A stretch of 64,000 nucleotides of DNA from NCBI GenBank assembly GCA_004431415.1, contig QPMI01000106.1, positions 1-64,000 on the forward strand. The letters run 5' to 3'. This DNA comes from Cyanophora paradoxa CCMP329 (Eukaryota > Plantae > Glaucophyta). The notes below the pieces were generated by a model that was given only the letters and a program-made list of their open reading frames with translations, was not told the DNA's origin and ran no database searches. The translations under genes and the position numbers were made by a program. Within the stretch, counting starts at the first letter, position 1; every line of letters starts with the position of its first letter. Positions 1 to 12,129 of the stretch are shown piece by piece.

Positions 1-80
1 ACCGGTGCCGTGCGGTACGCGGCGCCGGTACCGTATACGTACTACGGTATACGTAGTCCCCATTTTCCAATGAAGTTTTG

Positions 81-3000
81 TTATCTATGGCCGCCGCCTC
101 TCGCCCCGGGCCGGGCCCCTCCCACGAACGCGCCCTTTTCGCGCCGACTCCCGGGAGTCCCCTCGCCGGAAAAGCTCGAATTTTGCAGTTGAATAATCTT
201 ATGGCCGCCCGGCAGGCGAGGGGCGGCAGGGATGTGTGTGTGGGGGGGGGTGGGGGAGGAGGGGGGCGAGGGGGCTAGGCGGGGCGGGGGGGCGGGCGAG
301 CCAGCGGGCGAGGCCGGCGGGGAAGAGCCGCGCTCCTCCTCCGACGCGGCGCCGGCCCGGCCCCGGCGCCCACGCGGCGCCCGCCCGGGCCCGGGCCCCC
401 CGAAGAGGGCGAGGAGCAGCTCGGCGCGGCGGGCGTCGTGGAGGACGCCGAGGCGGCGGCCGCGCGCCGCGCAGCGCCGCCACTCGCGGCGGGCGGCGGC
501 GGGGCGCCCCGCGCGAGGTGGCGCAGGCCGCACGCGAACTCGTAGAGGGGCACCACGACGGGCTGCAGCACGCGGCACGAGCGGCTGCCCGACAGGATCC
601 CCTCCACCACCCCCAGCAGCGACTGGCCCCGCCCCGCCCCGCGGTCACGCTCCGGACGTCGCTCGAGCGGGTTCGAATCCGGGGCGGACCTTCTTCGTCT
701 CGCCCTCGGGTACGGCGTTGTTGAGGACCAGCGAGAGCGCCGCCAGCACCGCGTACAGCCGGTTCTGGGGTACGGGCTCGAGGAACCGGTGGAGCGCGAG
801 GGGGGTACGGCGCACGAGGAAGACGACGGTGAAGCAGGGGAAGGGGACCTGGGGGGTACGAGAGTGGTCGGCGCGGGCCGGCCGCGGGGCCGGGCTGGGG
901 ACGAGGGGTACCATGCGAGCGAAGTTGGCGGAGCGGCGGGCCCAGGCGGCGGCCTGCGCCCGCGCGCCGGCGGCCTCGGAGGGGTCTGCGGCGCAGCGGG
1001 GCGATGAGCGGCGGGGCGAGGAAGCGCGGGCGGGCGCAAAGGGCGGACCGCGGGGGTCGGCGGCGGCGGCGAGGGCGTCATACGCGAGAGCCAGCGAGCC
1101 GCAGGCGAACTCGCTGTCCGCCACCAGCGGCGCCGAGCCCTGCCGCCCGCCCGCCCGCCCGAGTCGAGCGGGGCGGGGCGGGGCGGGTGCGGCGGGGCGG
1201 CGGGGCGGACGGCGCGGGGGTCCACGAGGCCGGCGGCGGCCGCCTCGAGGCGCGCGACGACGTCGGACAGCGTCTCGCCGCCGGCCGCGCGGGGCGTCCC
1301 CTCCGCCGCCGCCCGCGCCAGGATCTGCCCCCGCGCCGGGGGCGTCGGAGGCCGCCGGGGGGAGGGGGGGAGGGTGGAGGAGGAAGGGGGGCACCTGGAA
1401 GGCGGGGAACCAGACGCGGCCCTGGACGGAGCGGGCGAGGCCCTCCACCTCGCGCTCCGCCCGCGGGAAGTCCCCCTCGAAGAAGGCCAGCGAGAAGGCC
1501 GACGCCGCGATCTGCCCGAGCGAGCTTGAGCGCGAGGGCTAGCGGGCCGAGCCCGGGGCGGGCCGAGCCCGGAGTCAGACCTGGTCGAGGCGGTGGCCGT
1601 CCTCGATGCCGCGGCAGAGGACCTTGCAGCTGTCCAGCAGCAGCCGCGACCGCACGAACTCCGCTGCCCCCGCCCCCCGTCGGCCCCGGCGCCAGAAGGG
1701 GCGGGCGTGCGGGCGGGCGGACCCCGAAGCATGCGGGCGAAGCCGAGTTCCGCGAAAACCTGTGCACGAGAGCGCCGGCGCCGGCCGGTGGCTTCAGGGC
1801 GGTGATACTATGATAACAGGGGTCCCCGCCCTCCCCCTCCCTCTCCCTCCGACCTTTGCGCGGAAGTTGACGATCGCCTCCCGCGCGTGCTCCAGCGCCT
1901 GAGGGCGGGCGGGCGCCTGAGCCGGCGGGCGGGCGGGCGGGGCGGCGAGCCGGGAGCGGCAAAGGGGCGCGCGCGAGGCGCGCCTTGCGCTCGAAGAGGT
2001 CGTGCATGCGGTGCGCGGCGGAGAAGGGCAGCCCCGCGAAGACCACCGCTGCCCCGAAAGCAAGTAAGGGGCGGGGGAGGAGGGAGGGGGGAAGGAGCCG
2101 GGGGGGTACCGGCGGCGGAGTAGGAGACGGCGAGGTGGGTGCGGACGCGGCCGGCCTCGGACTCGTTCATGGCGTGCAGGGCCGCCGAGAGCGACGGGAA
2201 CGCCTCGTTGTTGAAGAAGAGCGTCTGCCCCGCCCACGAGCAGCCGTCAAGCCCCCTTCTAAGTATAGACCAAAGAGGGCTTCTAGAAAGAAGAGGAAGA
2301 AGCCTGGACGCTCTGAAAGGTTCTAACGGGGGGGGGGGGGGGCGGGCGGGCGGGCCGCTGGCTCGCCTCGAAGAGGGCGAAGGCGGTGCCGATGCGGGTG
2401 AGGTCGGCCTCGCGGTGGGCGCCGTGCAGCGCCCCCGACACCGGCGGCGCCGCCAGCAGCGCCTCCACCCTCGGCACGTTCTCCGCCATCCACGCGTCCC
2501 ACTTCCCGGAGGCCTCTTCGCCCGCGGCCGCCGCGACGGGCGCCGCGGGGGCCGGGGCCGAAGTCGCGGGCGGGCCGTCCGAGAGGGGCGGCGGTTCGAG
2601 CGCCGCCAAGCCGGCGAGTCCGGCGAGCCCGCGGCCGCCGCTGCCGCCGCCGCCGCCGCCGCCCGGGATCCCTCGGCCAGGCCGGCAAACCCGCCCCGCG
2701 CAGAGGCAGAGGCAGAAGAAGCCCGGCGCGCGGGGACCGCGGGGCGGCGGCGGGCGGGACGCGGGGCTTGAGGTCCTCGGGGGGCCGGGGCGCCCGGCGG
2801 CGAGGGCCGCAGCGGGGCGTACGGGCCCACGATCTTCTCGCGCAGCCGGTGGCCCATCTGCCGCGGACCGAAGTCAGGGCGGCCGGCGGGCGGGCGAGGC
2901 ATAGCTATCTATCTATCGGGCACCATGCGGAGCATGGCGGCCTGGAGCTGGAGGAAGCCGGCGAGGCCGCGGCGGACGGGGCGGCCGCCGAGGGCCGCGG

Positions 3001-6000
3001 CCGCCTCGAGGTGCGGCAGCGCCTCCGCCAGCTGGCCCCGGTGCGTGAGGGCCTCCCCCAGCCCCGCGTGCGCAAGCCGCCGCATCTCCCGCAGCCGCCC
3101 CCGCGCCTCCCGCCCCCGCTCCTGCCGCCCGACCGCCCCTCAGATACGCGCGGGACGAAGGGAGGGGGGGGGGTGCGGAGAAGAAGGGAAGGCTGCCTCG
3201 CGCTGGAGCTCGGCGAGGGCGGCGAGGCAGCGGTGGAGGACCTCCGCCGCCGTCGTGTTGTCGAAGAGCGACGCCGCCCGCGCCGCGTGCCGCAGCCCGT
3301 ACGGCACCGCCCGCTCCTTCTCCCCCGCCTCCGTCCACTGCCCCGCCCACGCGTCGGGCTCGAAGGGGGGGGAAGGCGGGAGGGGGGTACGTGGTAGGCG
3401 AGGACGGCGTCGCGGTCGCCCCAGCGGAGGAAGCCCGACTCGGATGACGTCACGGAGCCGCCGGCCTCCGCCGCCGCCGCCCGCTCGTCCGCTCGCTCCT
3501 CCTGGTCCAGCTGTACCCCCCTCAATCAGCGGGGGGTACGGGATCGAGGGGGCGGGGGGCGAACCCGCTCGAGGTACTCGGCGATCTGACGGTGGAGGCG
3601 GAGGCGCTGCTCGGGGGTACACAGCTCCAGCACCGCCTGCAGGGCCTCAGCATGGGGGGGGAAGCAAGGGGGGTGGGCCGGAAGGGGGTACGCGCCTGCT
3701 GGATGCGCTGGTGGCGCCAGGAGTAGAGGGGGTCGGCCTCCTCCTCCGCCCCCTCCAGGCCCAGGCCGCGCGCCCCGTACCCCCCCGCCTCCTCGCCGGC
3801 CTCGGCGGCCCCCGCGGCGCGGGCGCCGGCGCCCCAGTCGGCGTCGCGGCCGAAGCCGATATCCTTCACCGCCGCGCTCGCGAGGAGCGCCCGCAGCGCC
3901 GCCGGGTGCCCGTCCCGCTGCCGGGGGTACACCGCCACCAGCATCGAGAGCGTCGCGCGCATGCCCACCACCGCCGCGACCTGAGCGGGGCGTCAGAGGA
4001 GAGGACGGCAGGAGAACAGGAGCCGGGGCGCCCGTCTCGCCTTGAGGAGGAGCTGGGTGTGGAAGGGGAGGAGGGAGACGCGTGAGACGACTAGGAGGGA
4101 GAACTGCGTGGGTATGTCCGCCGACGCCGCGTCCACCTGAGCCGAATCAGATGGGGGGTGGGGGAGGAGGAAGAGGGGGGGGTAGGCGCACGAGCTCGGC
4201 GACGACCTCGGGGGAGGGGGGGCCCTCCCCGGCCCCCCCGGCCCCCCCGGCCCCGCCCGGCGCCTTTGTCCACAGCAGCATCCCCGACGCCCGCAGCGTC
4301 TGCAGCAGCTGCGCCGCGGGAGGGGGCGTCACAGGGGCGGGGGGAAGAAGCGGAGGGGGGGGTACGGACCTCGACGATGAAGAGGGGCTGGCCGCCGCCC
4401 TGTTCCTTAAGGAGGAGGGCGGCGGAGGGCCCGAGGCGGTGGGCGCCCAGCACGGAGAGGGCCAGGCTCTCCGCGTCGGCGGGGCCCAGCGCCGGCAGGT
4501 CCAGCTCCGAGGCCCCCGGGGCCGCCAGGAAGCGCCCGCAGGCCTCGGCGAGGCGCGGCGGCATCGGCTCCGTCGTGCGGACCGCCGCCAGCACGGCGAA
4601 GTCGCGCGAGGCCGCCGCCTGGAACACCACCTCGAGCGACGGGCCGTCCGCCCAGTCCTGGCGGGCGGGCGGCGGTCGAACCGAGCCGAGCGGGGGGGCA
4701 GGGGTGCCGGGGGCGGGCGGGGTACCAGGTGGTCGAGGACGAGGAGGGGCTTGAGGCCGCCGTTGGCGGCGGGCCAGGAGCGGAGGCTGTGCCCGGGGCC
4801 CGAGCTGCGGCCCGAGTGCCCCGAGCGGCCCGAGCGGACGGAGCCGACGCCCCCGCCCGAGACCGCCCCCTGCACGCCCCGCGCCTGATGCCGGAGCTCC
4901 GCTGCGGCCCGCCCGCCCAAGTCAGCGGCGCGAAGGGCGGGGGCGAAGCGCGGGGGGCCGACCGGCGAGCTCGGCGACGTGGGCGCGCATGACGAGGAGT
5001 ATGAGGCGCTGGAGGGCACGCGAGCGGCTCTCCCCGTCCCTGCCCGGCCCCGGCCCCGCGGTGAGCTGAGCAAAGGAGGAAGCGGCGGGATGGGGGGCGG
5101 GGGCGGGCGCACATGCCGCGGGTGGCGGGGGAGGGCGGGATGGGGAAGCCCGGGGCGACGGCGGCGAGGAGCGGGAGGGCGGCGAGGGTCGCCGCGTCCG
5201 TACCCCCCGCGAGGGCGAGCTTCCGGGCCACGATCTCCTGCGCCTGCTGCGGGCTCACGGGCGCCGCCGCCGCCGCCGGCACCGCCGCCCGCCCGGGCGC
5301 GGCTTCCCCCCGGCCCCGACGGCGCCGCTCCGGACGCTGCCGTCGCCGCCGCCGACGCTGCCTTCCCCCCGCCCCGCACGCTGCCGCCGGCGCTGCCGAC
5401 GACGAGGCCGGAGCCGGAGCCCGAGCCGTGGCCGTGGGCCTCGGGCGCCGGCTGGAGCCAGGCGTGGAGGACGGGCGCGACGGCGTCGCGGATGGCGAAG
5501 TACGGCTCCTCCCCCGCCTCGGGCACTGCGCCCCTCAATCAGGGCGGAGCAAGCTGAGCGGGGCGGGGCGGACCGCCGGCGGCGGCGAAGGCGACGAAGC
5601 CGCAGCGGAGGAGGCGCTCGCGGGCCATGCGTAAAAATGTGGTTTTGCCGGCGCCGGCGCGCGCCCGCACGAGGACGGCCCCGCGGCCCTCGTCCCCCCG
5701 CACCAGCCGCGCCACCACCTCCGCAAGCTCCCCCCGCCGCCCCACCGGCGCAGGCGCCACCTGCCCCGCGCCCCCTCAGCCCCGCGCTTCGGCTCTGGGC
5801 CGGGGGTGCGCGCGCCTCGGGGCGCAGCTCGAGGCGGCGCGAGGTGGCCGCCCCCATCGTCCGCACGCGGAAGGCCGTAGTCTCGCCGGCGAACCTGCCG
5901 CCCGGGTGGTGAGACCGGCAAGGAGGAAGGGCGAGTGCCCTGCGCACGTACCCCTTGAGCGCGAGGCTCGTCGGGGCCTCGAAGAGTACCCCTTGCCCCT

Positions 6001-8743
6001 GCTCCGCCGCCTCGCCTGCGGGAGGGGGCCGGATCGGGGGGGGGGGGGGGGGGTACGCGACGGCGCGGGGCGGGGCGGGGGTACGTGTGGCGGCGTCGGC
6101 GAGGACGCCGCTCCCCGCGTGCTGCATCAGGCGGGCCGCGAGGTTCACCGTCCGCCCTGCCCGCGCAGTTCGAAAGAAGGGGGGGGGGAAGAAGGCCCCG
6201 GGGGTACGGGGGCGGGCGGGCGGGCCTATGACAGAGTACTCGCAGCGGCGGGCGAGGTCGCCGATGACGCCGGCGAAGACGCGCCCCGTGGTGACGCCGA
6301 CCGAGGCCGAGAAGCCGGCGGCGGTCAGGTCGCGCTGCATCGCAACCGCCGCGCTTGTCGCCCGCAGCGGGTCGTCCATGTGCACCAGCGGCGGCAGCCC
6401 GAAGACAAGCCTGAGCTCAGACGGCTCAGACGGGCCCAGACGGGCCGAGGTGAACGCGCGCGGGGGCGTACACCGCGATGCAGCCCTTGTCGTCCACCAC
6501 GAGCTTGTTCACGATGCCCTCGAAGCGCTCGCAGACGCCCTGCGCGCGCGCGCGCGCCCCTCGCCGGCTCAGGGCGCGGATCGAGAGCGAAAAGATTGGG
6601 GGCGGGCGGGCCTCGAAGACGGTGAGGACGGTGTGGAAGGAGAGGGCTAAGCCGTCCACGTCCGTGGGAGCATCTGGCGCTACCTGCACGAAGGCGGCCG
6701 ACTGGCGCCGGCGGCCCCGCGGAAGAACAGCTGCGGTGACAGCGGCGGCCCGCGCGGTGGTCGCGGCGACCGCCGCCGCCGCTGTCACCGCAGCCCCCGG
6801 GGTACGCTCCGCAAGGATGCCGGAGACGGCGACGAAGACGACCGACGCGGGGCGCGACTCGTCGATCCACTCCCCGAGCCCCGAGCTGAACGCGTCCTGG
6901 AAAGGTGCGGGCGGTTGGAGGCGGCGCGGGTCGGCGGCGTGGCGGGGGTACGGCGGCGCACGGCGATGCGCGGGGGCACGAAGGCGCCGGGATCGACGCC
7001 GCGCCAGACCCCGGGGAGGTCCCAGGAGGGGGGTACGCGGGGCGCGCCGCCGGCGACGGCGGCGGCCAGCGCCGCCGGCGAGAGCAGGAGGTTTCCGGTC
7101 GCAAGCACCGTCCCTGGGCCCGCGCGTCAGGCAGGGGGGAAGGAGGGGCGGTGTAGGGGGTACAGGGGGCGCACCGTGGCTGTCCCGGTCGAGGTACGCC
7201 GCGGCGTGGGCGCTCACAACCAGCTGCGGGGGGTGGGGGTACGGTGTCAAACCAGAGGCCCGGGGGAAAGGGAGCCGGCGGGAGTCGAGCCCGCGCGGAC
7301 CTGCCCTGTCTCCGCGTCGGGCTCGGCGCAGCAGGCCTCCTCAACCGCAGGGCCCGTGCAGACGTACCGCCTCAGGCCCGCTGGTCGGATCAGATCGGAT
7401 CAGAGCGGATCAGATCAGAGCGGATCAGATCAGAGCGGATCAGATCAGAGCGGATCAGATCAGATATCAGACGGCGCACGCGGGCCGGCGCAGACGGCGA
7501 CGACGGGCCCGAAGCCCATGCCTACCCCCCAGAAGACATCAGAGTCCGAAGCTGAGAAGAGAAGAGGAGGGCCCGGCGGCTCGCGATCGCACCGACGTGG
7601 AGGGAGATGGCGGGGGCGCCGGTGGAGGCCCGCCGCATGTCCCGCGCCCGCGCCTCGCCGGCCGCGAAGAGCGCCGCCGCGCACCGCACGCCCCGCGCGG
7701 CCGTCGCCGCCGGGTGCTCCCCCTCCGGCGCCTCGATAACCAGCAAGAGCGCGTCCCCAGCTGCACGCGCGCGCGCGCCGGCGCCGTTAGCTCCGGCACT
7801 CCGGTCCGGCCCGCGGAGGACTCGGGAGGCCTGGCTAGGCTCTTCAAAGCGGAAGAGGCGCACCGAAGGAGGCGACGTCGGCCCCCGATCGCTCCACGGC
7901 CTCCAAGATGACCCGGAAGAAGCCTGCGCGAAGCCCGAGGAGGGCCAACCCGGCTCGGCTCGGCGCCAGCGTGCGGGGCGGGGCGGGGCGGGGCGGGGCG
8001 GGGCGGGAGCGGACCGTTGAGGAGGCCAGCGAGGGAGGCCGCGGCGCGGGCGGGCTCGCCCGGGTGCGCCGCGAAGGTGTGCGCCTCGAGCCGCGAGAAG
8101 CCCGACACGTCCACCTGTTTCGGATGGAGGAAAAGAAGTCAGTCAAACCGCGCAGGCGGCGCAAAGACCAGCGGGGCGGCGCCCGCGCGCGCTCGCTCGC
8201 ACCAGCAGCACCGCGCACTGCCGCTTCAACGTCCACGAGGCGCCTGCGCGCGGGGCGGCACGGGCTCAGGCGCCCTCGTCGGCCCGTGGGCGCGCGCCTG
8301 GTGCGGGACGGGGCGCACCGGAGCCGGCGTCTGCGCCTGCGTCTTCGCCGGAGGGGGGCGGCTCCCTGCGCATCCGCGAGCGAGCGATCGATGACGTGAG
8401 ATCGGGGCCGCAGGCGGGCGGGGGCGCGGCGGGCGGGCGCGGGCAGGGACGTTTGCTCTCGCCTGCGCAGGTCGTGCGGCAAGAAAGCCCACAGTGGGTC
8501 GCGCTGCCGGCCCGCATTCAACGCAGCAGCCCCGGGCAGGGATCCTTGTTGCAGTTGACCTGCCAGACTTCGTTCAACATGGGGCGAGCGGCGCTCGGGA
8601 GGCGCACCAGGGTGTTGCAGGCGTGATTCCTGCCGCTGCTCGGTCGCCCCGGGCTTCCGGCGGTCCCGAAAGTCCGCGTCGTCATCGGCTGACGACGGGC
8701 CAGACTCTGGGGCGAGCGCGCCGCGGCTCTTCGCGGCCCCCAT
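81..8743 (-). CDS. Multi-exon soluble adenylyl cyclase-like (ADCY10/sAC-type) STAND protein: tandem class III cyclase domains + AAA/P-loop NTPase + helical/TPR C-terminus
   Basis: Manually spliced exons give C1 'VDVSGFS' (~8100) and 'ADVASFAGDALLL' (~7880/7760); C2 'NKLVVDDKG', 'FGLPP' and 'VGVTTGRVFAGVIG..RCEYSVIGRTVNLAARLM' (6120-6530); 'PVGRRGEL' and Walker A 'ARAGAGKT' (~5641-5664); Walker B-like 'LLVLDHL-DWAD'; 'GGQPLFIVE'; 'YSWRHQRIQQA'; 'AVLAYH'. The last exon appears to need one extra G near 501-505 (probable homopolymer error). Start and end approximate. Confidence 0.85.
7386..7471. repeat. Intronic (GATCA/GAGCG) minisatellite
   Basis: cggatcagatcagag repeated about 5 times. Similar AGATC runs at 17255-17296 and 18786-18846. 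Confidence 0.9.
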
Positions 8744-9573
8744 CGCTGCCCGACGCGTTCCAGCTAGCTTGAATTTCGCGAGCTGGCGCCTTAGTGGCGT
8801 GGCGAGACTAGATCTGCTGGCTCATCAGCGGGCTGCAGGACTGCCAGGACGGGTTGACAGCTTGAATTGGCTGCGTGAGTCGACACGCCGCTGTCAGCTG
8901 CAGCACGTAACGATATACCGGTCCACCGGCGGGCCGGCGATCTGCTGATCGAAAAAACTGAACAAATTGTACCCCAGACCAAGTGACCCCGCTAAAAAAA
9001 CGTTACCACAGGTACGTACCTCCACAAGGTTAGTAGACGTCGATCACCGACGTCATCATCGTCGTCATGATCACTCGCAACCTTCCATCGAGCGAAGCGG
9101 CACACTCGCAAGTTCGGAGTCGCAACCTTCCGTCTAGCGCCTTGGCCATGGCCTGCAGAGGCCCTTAGCCAGCCTGGCAGCCGCAGTGGTATGATAGCAC
9201 AGTAGCATGCGCATTGCGCAGTGCGCACTAGCAAACCTGAAAGTCTAAGTGAAAGACTCGGTGAAGAAGCTTCGTCTACCATCGCAAGCAAAACAGCGTG
9301 TGAGGCCCCTTGGCCTCTGAGGGGCCACTGATCATGAGGGGCCACTGCGACACCGCGGAAATCCGACATGTACAAATCGCATCCAAAATAGAATTGAGTG
9401 GAAGGGCAGAAGCACACGCTGCAGCTCCATGGCCAGGTAGTCCCCGCGCAAGGCGCGAGGAAGCGCTGCAGCTCGCAGAGGGGAGGGGGGAGGGCCGGGC
9501 GCCGCCAGGGTCGGGCCGAAGGCAATGAGGGGCGGCCGAGGCGGCCCCGCGGGGCGGCCGCAGGGCCGCGAGG

Positions 9574-9700
9574 TCAAGAGGGGGGAGCGGGGGGCCCATT
9601 GATAAGAAGACGCCAAGGATCGGACCCGCCAGCCCCGCCGCCCCCAGCGCCGCCGCCGAAGCTGCCGCCGCCTCCGCCCCCGGCGCCGCCGCCGCCGCCT

Positions 9701-9773
<73 letters not shown>

Positions 9774-11992
9774 CGTCGTCAGAAGAGCCGTAGCCGTCGT
9801 CATCGAAGGCCGGGCCGAAGCCCATGGCCTCCATCTCCGCCTCCTCGGCCTCCTCCGCTTCCGCCTCGGCCCACCCGCCGGCCCGCTCGTCGCAGTGCAT
9901 CCGCACCCGCGCCGGCAGCGCCGCCCGCAGCCGCTCGCGGGCCTCCCCGTCCGCCGCGCGCGCCGCGGGGCCGCTGAGGACGAGCTCGCGCAGGGCGCCG
10001 GCGCCGAGCGGCCCCGCCGCCTCCTCCGGCAGGGGCGACGCCACCCCAAGCGCCTCCAGCGCCGCCGCCCCCTCCGCCAGCCGCTGCCCCGCGCCCCGTC
10101 GACGTCCGCGCCCGCCACACGAGGGGGCGCGCGGAGGGGAGTACCAGGAGGAAGGGGAGGGGTAGGGGGTGGCGGGAGGGCCAGCAGAGGAGCGTGACGG
10201 CGCGCAGGCGGGACCAGCCGCCCAGCGTACCCCGCCCCAGTGCCTCGTACACCCGCGGCGCCAGCCGCAGCTCCATCGCCTGTGCCCGCGTTAGCCCGGA
10301 GGGGTACGGCGCGCCGAGGAGGGGTACGGCGCGCCTCGACGGCGGTGAGGCTGGCGAGGGCAGCGGCCATCGCCCCCGCCCCCGCCTCGCTCGGCGGGTC
10401 CTGCGCGCGCCGCTCAGCACGCGCCCCGGGGGGTACGAGAGGGAGGGAGGGCGGGGGGGTACGGGGCGCCTGGGAAAGGATGAGGGAGCGGAGACGGGGC
10501 GCGGCGGCGCGCAGGGGCGCCAGGTCCGTCTCCGGCACCGCGTGCAGCGTCGCGTGCTCCAGCAGCGGCATCGCCTCCACGAACCCTGCCCCACGCCCGT
10601 CAGCCTGGGGGGTACAGGAGGGGCGGGGGGTACGGGTCGCCGCCGCACCGATCCACTCCATCGCGCAACGCAGGTCCAGCACTGCCGGGGGGGGGGGGAA
10701 GGTCGGCGGGGGTACGGCGGCGGGCGCGCGGGGAGGGGTACCGCGCAAGTGGCGCAAGGCGCCGAGCGGGCGCAGGTCGGCCTCCGTCGCGTCGATGAGG
10801 AACTCGCGCCCGTCGTCCTGCGGCCCGTCAGGGGTACGCAGAGACGGTTGTGGAGGGGGTACGGGGGCGCCTGCTCGTGGAAGTCGACGCGCAGGCGCTC
10901 GAGGAGGGGGAAGGCGGCGAGGGCGGCGAGGGCGGGGCCGGCGCCCTCGTGGGGCCCGCAGGCGACGCCGATGCTGAGCGCCCGCAGCGTCGCGCCAAGC
11001 GGCGCGAGCCTCTCCAGCGTTTCCGCCTTCAGCGCGAACCTGCGGCCGGCCGGGGCGCCGCGCCCGCTCGGACCGGGCCGCGCGGGCGTGGCGGGGCGGG
11101 GCGGGGCGGGGCGGGGCGGGGCGGACCCGCCGAGCTGGAGGTCGCGCAGGGGGAGGGCGGCGTAGGAGGCGAAGGCGTGCTGGACGGCCGGCTTGCAGAG
11201 GGCGCGGAAGCGGGCCCGCATCGCCGGCTCGAGCGCCGTCAGCGCCACGCTCCGGAGGGCCGAGAGCCGCGCGACGGCGCCGAGGGCTGTCACGGGCAGG
11301 CGCGAGGCGAGGTCGAATGTCATGTCTAAAGTCTCGAGCGAGGCGGCCAGGCTGCCGACGGAGCAGAGAGCGGAGAGGCCGCCGGCGCCGAAGCGTGACT
11401 CGTTGACCTGCACGCTCCGCACGGGCGCGCCGGCCGCGACGCGCGCCAGCGCCGCGCCGGCCGCGTCCGTCGGCCGTATCAGCGCCAGCTTCTCGACCGC
11501 CTCAGCGGAGAGCGCCAGGCGCCTCCAGCGGCGGCTGACCCGACTGAGTGCGCAGAGCGGGCCGAGCTGAGGCTCCCGGGATGAGTCGTCGGGGTCGAGC
11601 AGGCTCAGGTCGCCGCAGACAGGGAAGCTCGCCCAGTCGCGCTCCGTCGCCGCCATCATAATCCGCACCAGCAGGTCGTCCGGCAAAGACTCAATGTAGT
11701 CCTCCGCATCCTCGCTCGCCGCGTCGTGCGATGGATGACTGGCAGCTGTCGGGTAGTCCCGGTCATCGCGAGCCCGCGGCATTCCTGGCGAGGAGCGGCA
11801 GGCGGCTACGTTCAAACGCACCGGAGGAGCTGCACGAAGCGCCCGCGGCGCCGGCAGCCTCTGCGCGCGGCCGTCAGCGTGTCGTCGCGCGGGTCGGTCG
11901 CCTGAGCAGCTCCTATGTTCTCGCAACTCCAAGCACACACCGTCGGTTGTCGCGGCGGCAAGGCGCGCGCGTTTCCTTGCCCGCTTTGCCAT
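9574..11992 (-). CDS. F-box/LRR protein (paralog 1) with acidic and poly-Gly C-terminal tail
   Basis: Basic first exon MAKRARKRAR; F-box 'IESLPDDLLVRIMM...LSRVSRRWRRLA'; LRR-like 'LASLETLDM', 'LSALRSVAL', 'FPLLERLRV', 'APRLRSLIL'; (GGC)n tail at ~9640-9771. Confidence 0.8.
9640..9771. repeat. (GCC)n trinucleotide repeat encoding poly-Gly on the - strand
   Basis: Long gccgcc run visible directly. Confidence 0.9.
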
Positions 11993-12129
11993 TTTGCTGC
12001 CAGGGTACAGCGCGTTCTGGCCTTCACGCGACCGTGCAGACGGTGCAGCGCAGTGCATCCGCAACTGGACCGCAAGCAGCGCAGAGCAGCACAGCTCAGT
12101 TGGTCGCCTTGTTCCATCGCCCAGACGAA

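Noticed and set aside
495-515. Programmed frameshift or pseudogenisation of the cyclase gene
   Set aside because: One missing G in a G-run restores LARGRPAAARREW. A homopolymer sequencing error is simpler, given the many long G/C runs.
669-682. B-box-like ggttcgaatcc (also reverse at ~22630)
   Set aside because: No A-box or tRNA structure. One is intronic, the other coincides with a splice donor.
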